A stretch of 64,000 nt of DNA, from NCBI GenBank assembly GCA_028717565.1, contig JAQUNP010000002.1:26054-90053 (forward strand), read 5' to 3'. Of this stretch, positions 24,469 to 33,602 are shown piece by piece. The position numbers and the translations under genes were made by a program. The stretch is from Patescibacteria group bacterium (GTDB lineage Bacteria > Patescibacteriota > Kazan-3B-28). Below the pieces are notes generated by a model. That model was not told the origin of the DNA, ran no database searches, and was given only the letters and a program-made list of their open reading frames with translations. The stretch's first letter is position 1. The number at the start of each line of letters is the position of its first letter.

Positions 24469-24669
24469 TCCAGTTTTGTCAAAAGAAAAGAACGGGAAAG
24501 TTTCGACGCTATGTTGCGCCGGTTTACTCGTATGGTGATTATGAGTAAGGTTTTAAGTGACGCCAAAGAAAAGCGGTATTTTGCTAAACCCCAGACCCGT
24601 ACAATGCGGCGTGCCTCTGCTTTGCGCCGAGAAAGAATCCGGGCGCAAAAACAGAAAGAACTATACTAG
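24466..24669 (+). CDS. rpsU: 30S ribosomal protein S21
   Basis: 67 aa, basic. ESFDAMLRRFTR...EKRYFAKPQTRTMRRASALRRER is typical of S21. Confidence 0.88.
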   Translation: MSSFVKRKERESFDAMLRRFTRMVIMSKVLSDAKEKRYFAKPQTRTMRRASALRRERIRAQKQKELY

Positions 24670-24687
24670 GGGCTTTAAGAGGGCGCC

Positions 24688-25125
24688 ATGCTAAAAGAAC
24701 AAGTCCAATTAGACCTGACCGCAGCCCAAAAGGCTCGTGAAGAGCAGAAGGTCTCGACTTTGCGTATGCTAGTAGCAGCTTTTAATAATATGGAGATTGC
24801 AAAACGAGGCAAAGCTGATGTTAGTGAAGATGATTATATGACAGTAGTGAAGCAAGAAGCCAAAAAGCGCAAGGAGGCGATTGAGGCCTACAAGGTGGCA
24901 GGTCGTGCCGAATCGCAGGCCTTGGAGGAAGCAGAACTAGAGATTTTGGCAGCGTACTTACCAGAACAAATGAGTGAGGATGAGCTAAAGAGCATTGTAG
25001 ATGCAGTGGTGGAAGAAAAGGGTATCGACAACATGGGGCTGATCATCGGTGAGGTAATGAAGCGAGCGCAGGGGCGGGCTGACGGAGGAGTTGTTTCAAA
25101 ATTAGTAAGAGAAAAGCTCGGGTAA
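24688..25125 (+). CDS. GatB/YqeY domain protein
   Basis: LTAAQKAREEQKVSTLRML..A....EI and its conserved position after rpsU. Confidence 0.8.
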   Translation: MLKEQVQLDLTAAQKAREEQKVSTLRMLVAAFNNMEIAKRGKADVSEDDYMTVVKQEAKKRKEAIEAYKVAGRAESQALEEAELEILAAYLPEQMSEDELKSIVDAVVEEKGIDNMGLIIGEVMKRAQGRADGGVVSKLVREKLG

Positions 25126-25583
25126 TGGCAACTTGTTGGGTTGGTTTTGATGGGTTTTCTTTATCTGGCGTGGACGAAGAGTTCGTCCGCTTTGTTTTTA
25201 ATGTGACTGTGACTATGGCCAAGATGGATGAAGCTGCGGAGGTTGGCATAGTGTTATGCGACGACGACTATATGCAAAAATTGAATAAACAATATCGGAA
25301 AAAGGATTACGTCCCCAATGTGCTGTCATTTGTTTACGGAGAGATGCAAGATGACGAGTTTTTGGGCGACGATAAAACTTATTTAGGGGACATCTTTGTG
25401 AGCAAAAGCCAAGTGGAGGCTGACGCAAAAAAACTGGGGGTGTCTGTCAAGGACGAATTTGCACGTCTGTTTGTTCACGGACTTTTGCATCTAAGGGGGC
25501 TGGGGCACGAAAATCCAAGAGAGGCAGACAAAATGGAAGCGCTGGAGGACAAAATCTTGGCACAAATTAGGGAGGCGGAGTAA
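25125..25583 (+). CDS. ybeY: Endoribonuclease YbeY
   Basis: Zinc motif HGLLHLRGLGHE; TAATG overlap with the upstream gene. Confidence 0.85.
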   Translation: MATCWVGFDGFSLSGVDEEFVRFVFNVTVTMAKMDEAAEVGIVLCDDDYMQKLNKQYRKKDYVPNVLSFVYGEMQDDEFLGDDKTYLGDIFVSKSQVEADAKKLGVSVKDEFARLFVHGLLHLRGLGHENPREADKMEALEDKILAQIREAE

Positions 25584-25724
25584 GCCTGCTACCATTCCAT
25601 CTCATCTGAAATCTGATGTCTACCTGCTTTTGTTTGGCGGGCTGCGGCCATAAAATGGCCTTGAAATCAATATTTGTAAAGCTAAAAACTTTCAGCTAGA
25701 ATAAGAGCAGTTTTTATTTAATAC

Positions 25725-26945
25725 ATGAAAGAAAAAGTTTCGGTTGGTATTGATATTGGCGACTCCCAGGTAGTGACTGTAATTGGTCACCGAGCTGAAG
25801 GAGAGGCCTATCCCAATATTGTGGGGGTAGGGATTCATAAAGGATCTGGTATGCGCCGGGGGGTTGTTACCGATGTGGAGGAAACTGTGGCGTCAATCTC
25901 GGCTGCAGTCGAGGAAGCCGAACGCATGGCGGGCTTGCCAGCAGAAGCCGTTTATGTCTCGGTCAATGGTGAGCACATAGCTGCTACGAACAACAAGGGC
26001 CTGATTGCTATTCCTCGGAGCAAGGAAGAGATCGGACATGATGATGTCTTAAGGGTAGTGGAAACTGCCCAGTCGGTAACGGTGCCGGCTAACCGAGAGA
26101 TTTTGCATGTTATACCACGGATGTTCATGGTAGATGGTCAGGAGGGGATAAAAGACCCGGTGGGCATGACTGGTTCCCGTTTGGAAGTAGATGCTCACGT
26201 GATTACTGGTTCGACGCCTTTTATCAAGAACTTGCGCCGTACTGTAGAACAGGCGGGGGTGGCTATTGCAGGTTTCGTGTTAGCGCCTTTGGCAGCTAGC
26301 AAATCAGTTTTGACAAAAAAGCAAAAAGAGCTTGGGGTTGTTTTGATAGATATAGGAGCGGGGACGACTGGCTTGGTGGTTTTTGAAGAGGGGGATATCT
26401 ACCACTCGGCGGTTTTACCCATTGGCTCAGACCACATCACCTCGGATATTGCAATTGGGCTGAGAACCTCGTTGGATGTGGCTGAAAGAGTTAAGGTGGA
26501 ATACGGGATGGCTAGTCCGATTACGCTTTCGGATAAAGACACCATAGATTTGTCCAAGCTAGATAGGGATGAAGAGCAAGAGGTCTCGCGGAGGTATCTG
26601 GCAGAGATTATCGAGGCCAGATTGCAGGAGCTATTTTTGATGATTAAGGCGGAATTGCGTAAGGTGGGTAGAGACGGCATGTTACCAGCCGGGGCAATCT
26701 TAGTAGGAGGTGGAGCCAAGCTACCTGGTATAGTGGAATCGGCCAAAGATAACTTGGGCCTACCCGCTCAGCTAGGATTTCCGGTAGAGTTAAAAGGGAT
26801 GATAGATAAGCTGGACGATCCGCGATATGCGACAGCAATTGGTATAATGTTATGGGGGATGGACGATGAGTCAGAGAAAACGGTATTCCCCACTTTTGAT
26901 GTCTCTTCAGTCATCACGCGGATAAAAGAGCTTTTTAGCAAATAA
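25725..26945 (+). CDS. ftsA: Cell division protein FtsA
   Basis: Actin-fold motifs VGIDIGDSQV, VLIDIGAGTT and GGGAKLPG. It lies upstream of ftsZ. Confidence 0.9.
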   Translation: MKEKVSVGIDIGDSQVVTVIGHRAEGEAYPNIVGVGIHKGSGMRRGVVTDVEETVASISAAVEEAERMAGLPAEAVYVSVNGEHIAATNNKGLIAIPRSKEEIGHDDVLRVVETAQSVTVPANREILHVIPRMFMVDGQEGIKDPVGMTGSRLEVDAHVITGSTPFIKNLRRTVEQAGVAIAGFVLAPLAASKSVLTKKQKELGVVLIDIGAGTTGLVVFEEGDIYHSAVLPIGSDHITSDIAIGLRTSLDVAERVKVEYGMASPITLSDKDTIDLSKLDRDEEQEVSRRYLAEIIEARLQELFLMIKAELRKVGRDGMLPAGAILVGGGAKLPGIVESAKDNLGLPAQLGFPVELKGMIDKLDDPRYATAIGIMLWGMDDESEKTVFPTFDVSSVITRIKELFSK

Positions 26946-27071
26946 ATTAGTCGGTTGCCTGAAAGACAAGAGGGCGTCTAAGCACAGAAGTGCGAAGCTT
27001 AGAGGTGCTCGTTTCTTTTTATGCATACAAATTTAGATAATATATTAATTTTTTAGGAGGTCGATTACTCT

Positions 27072-28169
27072 ATGAACAGACGGAAATCCCAAAGTTCGTC
27101 TTCGATCGAGAACTTCAACGAAGAAGATGTCTTTGCCAGGATTAAGGTTGTTGGTGTGGGCGGTTCCGGAACCCACGCGGTAAATCGAATGATCCAATCA
27201 CGGATCAAAGGGGTAGAATTTATCGCGATAAACACTGACGCACAGGATTTGCATTATTGCGATGCGCCTGTTAGGGTACACATTGGCCAGACCGTGACAC
27301 GCGGTCTTGGCGCCGGCTCGGACCCTGAGCTGGGAAAGAAAGCCGCAGAGGAAAACAAAGAAGAGATTTATAACGCACTGAAAGATGCGGACATGGTCTT
27401 TATCACCTGCGGTATGGGTGGTGGCACTGGTACAGGAGCGGCCCCGATTGTGGCGGAGATCGCCAGAGAATTGGGAGCACTGACTGTAGCGGTGGTAACT
27501 AAGCCATTCTCGTTTGAGGGTCTGCGTCGGAAAAAGGTTGGTGATGAGGGGTTGGCAGAACTGCAACCTAAGGTGGATACCTTAATCACCATTCCTAACG
27601 ACCGACTACTTCAAGTCATTGATAAGAAAACTTCGCTCTTTGATGCTTTCTCGGTAGTGGATGACGTGCTGCGTCAGGGCGTACAGGGTATTTCTGATTT
27701 GATTACGATGCATGGTATGATCAACGTCGACTTTGCGGATGTTAAGACCATCATGCAAAGTGCGGGTAGCGCTTTGATGGGTATCGGACGCGGGACTGGT
27801 GAAAACCGGACCGTGGAAGCTGCTCGGATGGCCGTTGACTCTCCGTTATTGGAGATGTCGATTGATGGTGCCAAAGGTATTTTGTTCAACATTACCGGTG
27901 GCCCAGACATGAGCATGTATGAGATCGATGAAGCGGCTCGGATTATTACCGAAGCAGCCGATCAGGATGCCAACATTATCTTCGGTGCAGTGATTGATGA
28001 AGCAATGCAGGGCGAAGTGAAAATTACGGTAATCGCTACCGGCTTTGATGAGGGTTATGCTACTCGTCGGAAGAGCGGGGCGGCAACCAAAAAACAACAA
28101 GAAGAGGAAGACGAGGGCGATACCAACGATGTGGATGTGCCCGCCTTCTTGCGCAGAAAAATTAAATAG
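27072..28169 (+). CDS. ftsZ: Cell division protein FtsZ
   Basis: AGGAGG SD. Motifs [23 protein letters not shown] and the C-terminal peptide DVPAFLRRK. Confidence 0.95.
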   Translation: MNRRKSQSSSSIENFNEEDVFARIKVVGVGGSGTHAVNRMIQSRIKGVEFIAINTDAQDLHYCDAPVRVHIGQTVTRGLGAGSDPELGKKAAEENKEEIYNALKDADMVFITCGMGGGTGTGAAPIVAEIARELGALTVAVVTKPFSFEGLRRKKVGDEGLAELQPKVDTLITIPNDRLLQVIDKKTSLFDAFSVVDDVLRQGVQGISDLITMHGMINVDFADVKTIMQSAGSALMGIGRGTGENRTVEAARMAVDSPLLEMSIDGAKGILFNITGGPDMSMYEIDEAARIITEAADQDANIIFGAVIDEAMQGEVKITVIATGFDEGYATRRKSGAATKKQQEEEDEGDTNDVDVPAFLRRKIK

Positions 28170-28194
28170 ATTGCATAAACTCAAACAATAGACG

Positions 28195-28220
28195 AGTGGC
28201 CGCTTGTGTAAGCGGCCACT
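28195..28220. terminator. Bidirectional terminator hairpin after ftsZ
   Basis: AGTGGCCGCTT gtgt AAGCGGCCACT, an 11-bp perfect stem. Confidence 0.6.
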
Positions 28221-28238
28221 TGGCTTTGTGGGTCTTGT

Positions 28239-28439
28239 TTAGATGTCGGCTTGAGCTAGCAGTTCATCGATGGGAATGTGGAGTTGTTCGCGAAGGCGTT
28301 GGGATGTAATGCGGTTGTGCTTTCCCGATGCCTCTACGCTTGCCAGATACGCGTCCGCTTCTTGCTCTGTGAGACCCAGTTCTTCCATCAGGCCCTGCCG
28401 GAGCTTCGCCTGTGAGGTACGACAATGTGACTCTGACAT
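28239..28439 (-). CDS. Small helical hypothetical protein
   Basis: 66 aa with AAGGGG SD and a TTGCTT-16-TACAAT promoter on the minus strand. I recognise no motif. Confidence 0.45.
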   Translation of the reverse strand: MSESHCRTSQAKLRQGLMEELGLTEQEADAYLASVEASGKHNRITSQRLREQLHIPIDELLAQADI

Positions 28440-28534
28440 AATGGTGCCCCTTACTTTTTGTTTTTTATGTGCTCATTGTATCGGAGGTGTGGACAAAAGC
28501 AAGACCTGGCAGGTGTGAGAGCGATTTTTACGAA

Positions 28535-28583
28535 ACACTAGATATAGAGTTAGCATAGTAGTTGCCTACACAACATAATGTGA
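28535..28583 (+). promoter_or_regulatory. Two NrdR-box-like palindromes upstream of nrdR-nrdJ
   Basis: ACACTAGATATAGAGT (28535-28550) and ACACAACATAATGTGA (28568-28583). Both are imperfect 16-bp palindromes, 33 bp centre to centre, flanking a putative -10 TAGCAT. Confidence 0.55.
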
Positions 28584-28588
28584 AGTGA

Positions 28589-29062
28589 ATGAAGTGTCCG
28601 AAATGTAATAAAGGGGATAGCTCGGTAGTGGATTCCAGGGAAGCGGATGAAGGTATCGCAGTTCGGCGTCGGCGTGAGTGCGACAAGTGTGGGTTTCGGT
28701 TCACGACCTATGAACGTCAGGAGCAGCCGCGGCTAATGGTTATAAAGAAAGATGGGACTAGGGATTTGTTTAACCGCGACAAGATTGCTCAGGGGGTTTA
28801 CAAGGCCTTCTACAAACGTCCGACTCCGATGGCTAAAATAGAAAAGATTATTGATGATGTAGAGCGTGAGCTGTATGAGAAAAATCTAGAAGAGGTGACA
28901 TCCAAAACGATTGGCGAGTTAGTCATCAAAAAAATTGAGAAGGTAGACCAAGTGGCCTACATTCGTTTCTCGGCAGTTTATAGAGAGTTTAGGGACTTAC
29001 AAACTTTTGAGGACGAGATAAAACGGTTGATTCAAAGAAGCAGAAAAACTGCTACAAAATAA
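28589..29062 (+). CDS. nrdR: Transcriptional repressor NrdR
   Basis: MKCPKCN...C.KCGFRFTTYE zinc ribbon plus an ATP-cone; 157 aa. Confidence 0.93.
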   Translation: MKCPKCNKGDSSVVDSREADEGIAVRRRRECDKCGFRFTTYERQEQPRLMVIKKDGTRDLFNRDKIAQGVYKAFYKRPTPMAKIEKIIDDVERELYEKNLEEVTSKTIGELVIKKIEKVDQVAYIRFSAVYREFRDLQTFEDEIKRLIQRSRKTATK

Positions 29063-29099
29063 TATTGGGTTAATGGGGGATAAAGGGAGAAAAACTGTT

Positions 29100-31952
29100 A
29101 TGAGCGAAACAGTTGAAAAGGCCGCAACGGCATTGGTGGCTCGTCGGTTCACGCGGGCTGGAGATGATGTATACAAGATGGTGGACTGGACCACGCGTCG
29201 AGTGGGCTTAACTGATGCGGACGGTAAGCAACTGTTAGATAAAGAGATTGAAGCTCCTGACTTTTGGTCGGATACGGCGGTGACAATTGCAGCGTATAAA
29301 TATTTGAGGAAGCGGGGTGTTAACACGCCACTTGGTTTCGAAAATACTGTTCGTCAAATGGTATATCGAGTAGCACACACTATTCGAGTAGCGGGAGAGA
29401 CCCTGGGGCATTTAAGTACCAAGGAAGAAGCTGACACTTTCGAGGACGAACTAGTTTATATTTTGCTGACGCAGCGCGGAGCGTTTAACTCTCCGGTGTG
29501 GTTTAATGTCGGTCTGTGGCATGAATATCAGATCAAGGGGCATTCGGAAAACTTTTTTTGGAATCCAGAGACCGACGAGATTGAAAGAGCTGTGAATGCC
29601 TATGAGCATCCACAGGGTTCGGCCTGTTTTATCCAGGCGGTAGAGGATGACCTGGGTGATATTTTTGATTTGGTGAAAAAAGAATCTCGATTGTTCAAAC
29701 TCGGCAGCGGTACAGGCACTAATTTTTCTACTCTGCGGTCGAAGTATGAGTTGCTATCTGGAGGCGGGACTTCCAGTGGGGTGATGAGTTTTTTGAAAGT
29801 GTTTGACTCCGGTGCAGCAGCGACGAAGTCCGGCGGCACCACGCGTCGAGCCGCCAAGATGGTGATTTTAAATGTGGATCATCCCGAAATCTTGGACTTT
29901 ATTCATTGGAAGGCTCGAGAAGAAGATAAGGCCAAAATTTTGATTGAACATGCCAACCTCCCCGCTGATTTTAATGGCGAGGCCTATCAGACAGTAGGGG
30001 GCCAGAACTCCAATAACTCAGTCCGGGTAACGGACGAGTTTATGCAGGCCTACTTGGATGATAAGGAATGGGAAACGAAGTTTGTAACGACTGGCGAGGT
30101 GCACGAACGTATTTTGGCCAGAAAGATTATGCACGAAATTGCTCAATCGGCTTGGCGCTGTGCGGACCCAGGGATGCAGTATGACACTACGGTTAACAAA
30201 TGGCATACATGCAAGATTAGTGGGCGGATCAATGCTAGTAATCCGTGTAGTGAGTTTATGTTTTTAGATGATTCGGCTTGCAACTTGGCTTCAATCAATT
30301 TGGTGAAGTTTTTGGATGAAGGGGGCCGATTTGATGTCGAGGCCTTCCGACACGCGGTGGATGTGTTTATTTTGGCACAGGAAATTCTGGTGGATTTTTC
30401 ATCTTACCCATCGCGACCCATTGCACAAAATTCACACAATTTTAGGCCGTTGGGTCTGGGCTACGCTAACATCGGCGCATATTTGATGCGCATCGGTTTG
30501 CCATATGACAGTGAGCCGGGCAGAGCCCTGACAGCGGCGGTGACAGCGATTATGACTGGTCGGGCTTATACGCAATCGGCTCGTGTAGCTAAACAGATGG
30601 GCGCTTTTGCCGAGTATGCTGTGAATCGTGACAGTATGTTGGAGGTAATTGATATGCACCGACAAGCAGTGCAGAAGCTGGATGCTCACAACCTAGAGAA
30701 CTACATGTTTGAAGCGGCCAAGCAGGACTGGGAGGAGGCCTACGCTCTAGGCGAGAAATATGGGTTTAGAAATGCGCAAACTACCCTGTTGGCGCCCACT
30801 GGAACGATTGGACCACTGATGGACGCTGACACCACAGGTATTGAGCCAGATTTTGCTTTGGTGAAATACAAGAAGTTGGCTGGGGGTGGCGGGTATTCAA
30901 TTGTCAACCAATCCGTGGCACCGGCTTTGGAGCGTATGGGCTACAGTAGTGAAGAGGTAAAAACGATTACAGATTATATTCTAGAGAAGGGTAAACTAGA
31001 GGGCGCTCCACACATTAAAGACGAGCATCTGCCAGTATTTGATTGTGCTAATCGGTGTGGCGATGGTAAACGGTTTATTAGGCCCATGGCACATCTAGAG
31101 ATGATGGCAGCTGTACAGCCGTTCTTGTCCGGTGCGATCTCCAAGACCGTTAACATGCCAGAGGAAGTGACAGTAGAGGATGTGGAACAAGTGTATATCG
31201 AGGCCTGGCGAAAAGGTCTGAAGGCCTTGGCGCTCTACCGTGATAACTGCAAGGCCTCACAGCCGCTGACGGCTAGAAAAGAGAAGGATGAAGAGAAAAA
31301 AACCGAGGCCAAAGGTACTAATAAAATCATATTGCCTAAAACCCGCCAAGGGATGACGCATCAGTTTATGATTGGTGGACACAAGGTATATTTGGTGGCC
31401 AATACCGATGCAGAGGGGCGCTTGGGTGAGATTTTCATCCGTTCTGCCAAAGAGGGCTCGATGGTTGGAGGTCTACTCAACATTATTGCACGGCTGTTGT
31501 CAAAAACTTTGCAGAATGGTGAGTCGGCCGAGGCTTTGATTGATTCATTGATGAATATGCGATTTGAGCCATGGGGCGCGACCGATGATAACGAGATTCC
31601 GTTTGCTAAGTCGATACCGGATTATATTGGTCGGTGGTTGGGCAGGAGATTTTTGCCACTGCAAAAGCAAGTGATGCTGGGGATTATCGGAGAGGATGTG
31701 GCAAAAAGCTTGAAAGAAACGGAAGACGAGGAGATAGCAGTAGAAGATATGGTGCCGGGGACTCTGATAACTGAAGCCGAAAAGCCAGAGCCAGTTGCGG
31801 ATCATGATCAGTTGAGTATGGGCTTGATGGGTAAGGCGGGGGACATTCATGAGAGTTCGGCGCCACCATGTCCCACCTGTGGTGCGTTAATGGTGCGAAA
31901 TGGTACCTGTTATGCCTGTCGCGAGTGCGGTACCACTACTGGTTGTAGTTAA
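29100..31952 (+). CDS. nrdJ: Class II (adenosylcobalamin-dependent) ribonucleotide reductase
   Basis: AAAGGGAG SD. Motifs NPCSEFMFLDDSACNLASINL, TLLAPTGTI and ISKTVNMP, with a C-terminal Cys cluster CPTCG..C.AC.ECG. Confidence 0.88.
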   Translation: MSETVEKAATALVARRFTRAGDDVYKMVDWTTRRVGLTDADGKQLLDKEIEAPDFWSDTAVTIAAYKYLRKRGVNTPLGFENTVRQMVYRVAHTIRVAGETLGHLSTKEEADTFEDELVYILLTQRGAFNSPVWFNVGLWHEYQIKGHSENFFWNPETDEIERAVNAYEHPQGSACFIQAVEDDLGDIFDLVKKESRLFKLGSGTGTNFSTLRSKYELLSGGGTSSGVMSFLKVFDSGAAATKSGGTTRRAAKMVILNVDHPEILDFIHWKAREEDKAKILIEHANLPADFNGEAYQTVGGQNSNNSVRVTDEFMQAYLDDKEWETKFVTTGEVHERILARKIMHEIAQSAWRCADPGMQYDTTVNKWHTCKISGRINASNPCSEFMFLDDSACNLASINLVKFLDEGGRFDVEAFRHAVDVFILAQEILVDFSSYPSRPIAQNSHNFRPLGLGYANIGAYLMRIGLPYDSEPGRALTAAVTAIMTGRAYTQSARVAKQMGAFAEYAVNRDSMLEVIDMHRQAVQKLDAHNLENYMFEAAKQDWEEAYALGEKYGFRNAQTTLLAPTGTIGPLMDADTTGIEPDFALVKYKKLAGGGGYSIVNQSVAPALERMGYSSEEVKTITDYILEKGKLEGAPHIKDEHLPVFDCANRCGDGKRFIRPMAHLEMMAAVQPFLSGAISKTVNMPEEVTVEDVEQVYIEAWRKGLKALALYRDNCKASQPLTARKEKDEEKKTEAKGTNKIILPKTRQGMTHQFMIGGHKVYLVANTDAEGRLGEIFIRSAKEGSMVGGLLNIIARLLSKTLQNGESAEALIDSLMNMRFEPWGATDDNEIPFAKSIPDYIGRWLGRRFLPLQKQVMLGIIGEDVAKSLKETEDEEIAVEDMVPGTLITEAEKPEPVADHDQLSMGLMGKAGDIHESSAPPCPTCGALMVRNGTCYACRECGTTTGCS

Positions 31953-31955
31953 ATT

Positions 31956-32684
31956 ATGGAAACGATAGAGTTTACCACTCCCGAAAAGTACGAAGCTCTG
32001 CCCGAACTCGTGGCAGAGCTTCGTACTGAAATGCAGGCCAAGATTGTTTACGCTCTATCTTTGGGTGTATTCACCGGTGAAGAGGCCGAACTGTGGCAAG
32101 ACAGTTTCGAGCAATGTACCGAGATTGAACACATGGAGAACCTGGTGGAGATTATAGATCGGTTTATTGACTCGGGCTGGGAGGTCGTGTCAGAAATCGA
32201 GGAGCTTTTGGCTACGGGCGAAATCAATGATCAGGACAGGCGTCAGTTTCTGGCCAAGATGGACATGCTAAGCTATCAGGAAAAGCTAGATTTGTTGCGG
32301 GAACTGGAGTGGGTTTTAAATGAAGTCAGTCGCAAAAAAGCAAGGCTGACGCTGATTTTATCTCAGAACAAAGTTGCCAGACCCAAGGCGGTTGTGCTGG
32401 AGCAGGAATTTGATAAAGCGGCTTTGGCCGAGAAGGACACGGTGCTGGAACGAGCTGCAGTGGTTGCCAAAAAGGGGCGCCCGGCGCCTGAAGGTAAAAC
32501 GAACGATCTGGTGCGACTGTTAGATTCTTATATTCAATCGGGGACTGTAGCGCTAGCGCGTCAAATGTTGGAGAAAAACTTTCCCGATAACCTAACTTAT
32601 CTTGACTATGTGCGGTTTGATGCTCGAATCAACCAACTGGAGGTGCAGCAAAAACAATGCGATGTTCGGGCAACATATCAGTAG
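31956..32684 (+). CDS. Hypothetical acidic helical protein
   Basis: 242-aa ORF starting 4 nt after nrdJ. I recognise no motif. Confidence 0.5.
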   Translation: METIEFTTPEKYEALPELVAELRTEMQAKIVYALSLGVFTGEEAELWQDSFEQCTEIEHMENLVEIIDRFIDSGWEVVSEIEELLATGEINDQDRRQFLAKMDMLSYQEKLDLLRELEWVLNEVSRKKARLTLILSQNKVARPKAVVLEQEFDKAALAEKDTVLERAAVVAKKGRPAPEGKTNDLVRLLDSYIQSGTVALARQMLEKNFPDNLTYLDYVRFDARINQLEVQQKQCDVRATYQ

Positions 32685-32699
32685 GTGGTTTGGAGGTAT

Positions 32700-32918
32700 A
32701 TGCGAGTTAATGTAGTGGCAGTCCCCAAAAGCTCACGTAATGCTATAGAAAAACTGGCTGAGGGAAGCTATAAAATTTGGGTTACGGCTTTGCCTATTCG
32801 GGGCAGAGCCAACGAGGCAGTCGGCGAGATTTTGGCCAAAGAGTTTGAGGTGCCAAAGTCAATGGTAAAACTGGTGTCGGGACATCGGACAAAAAAGAAG
32901 GTGTTTGAGATTAGTTAA
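32700..32918 (+). CDS. DUF167 (YggU-like) protein
   Basis: GGAGG SD. V.V.PKSSRNAI......K.WVTA.P..G.AN.A....LAKEF.V.KS.V.LVSG..S..K. Confidence 0.75.
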   Translation: MRVNVVAVPKSSRNAIEKLAEGSYKIWVTALPIRGRANEAVGEILAKEFEVPKSMVKLVSGHRTKKKVFEIS

Positions 32919-33005
32919 GGGGATTGACCCTTTTCTTTTTTAGGCCAAAAAAGCTATAATAGGTGAGTATTTTTATATATTTACCTAATTTTTGGATATA
33001 AAATT

Positions 33006-33602
33006 ATGAGTCAGTATCAAGAACAAAGAGTGGGAGTGTTAGTGGACGTGTCGAATATGTACTATTCGGCTAAGGTGATGTATCAAAAAAAGGTCAACTT
33101 CAAAGCCATTTTAGAAACGGTGGTGGGAGACAGAAGTTTGATCAGGGCGATCGCTTATGTGATTAGAGCCGATATTCCTGAGGAGGGCAGTTTTTTTGAG
33201 GCCTTGGAGCATATTGGCTTTGAGGTGAAGATGAAAGACCTGCAGATTTTTTATGGTGGCAATAAAAAGGGTGACTGGGACGTAGGGATTGCCATGGATG
33301 CTATAAAATTAGCGCCTAAGCTGGATGTGGTGGTGTTGGTTTCTGGTGATGGTGACTACGTGCCGCTAGTGCAATACCTGCAAAGCATTGGTCAGAAGGT
33401 AGAGTCCGTAGCTTTTGGCAGAAGTGCTTCTAGTAAGCTGATTGAGGCGACGGACAAGTTTATTGATCTGGATAAAGATACCAAGAAGTTTTTGATTTCT
33501 GATGGTCGTCGTACTACTACCACACGTCGTGCGTCAGCTAAGCCCAAGCCGAAAACTACAAGTCGGCCGATTCCGAGACAAGGTAAGGAGGATGCAAAGT
33601 AA
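33006..33602 (+). CDS. NYN/LabA-like domain protein with a basic tail
   Basis: VGVLVDVSNMYY...VVLVSGDGDYVPLV is typical of NYN (DUF88). The C-terminus is RRTTTTRRASAKPKPK. Confidence 0.7.
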   Translation: MSQYQEQRVGVLVDVSNMYYSAKVMYQKKVNFKAILETVVGDRSLIRAIAYVIRADIPEEGSFFEALEHIGFEVKMKDLQIFYGGNKKGDWDVGIAMDAIKLAPKLDVVVLVSGDGDYVPLVQYLQSIGQKVESVAFGRSASSKLIEATDKFIDLDKDTKKFLISDGRRTTTTRRASAKPKPKTTSRPIPRQGKEDAK

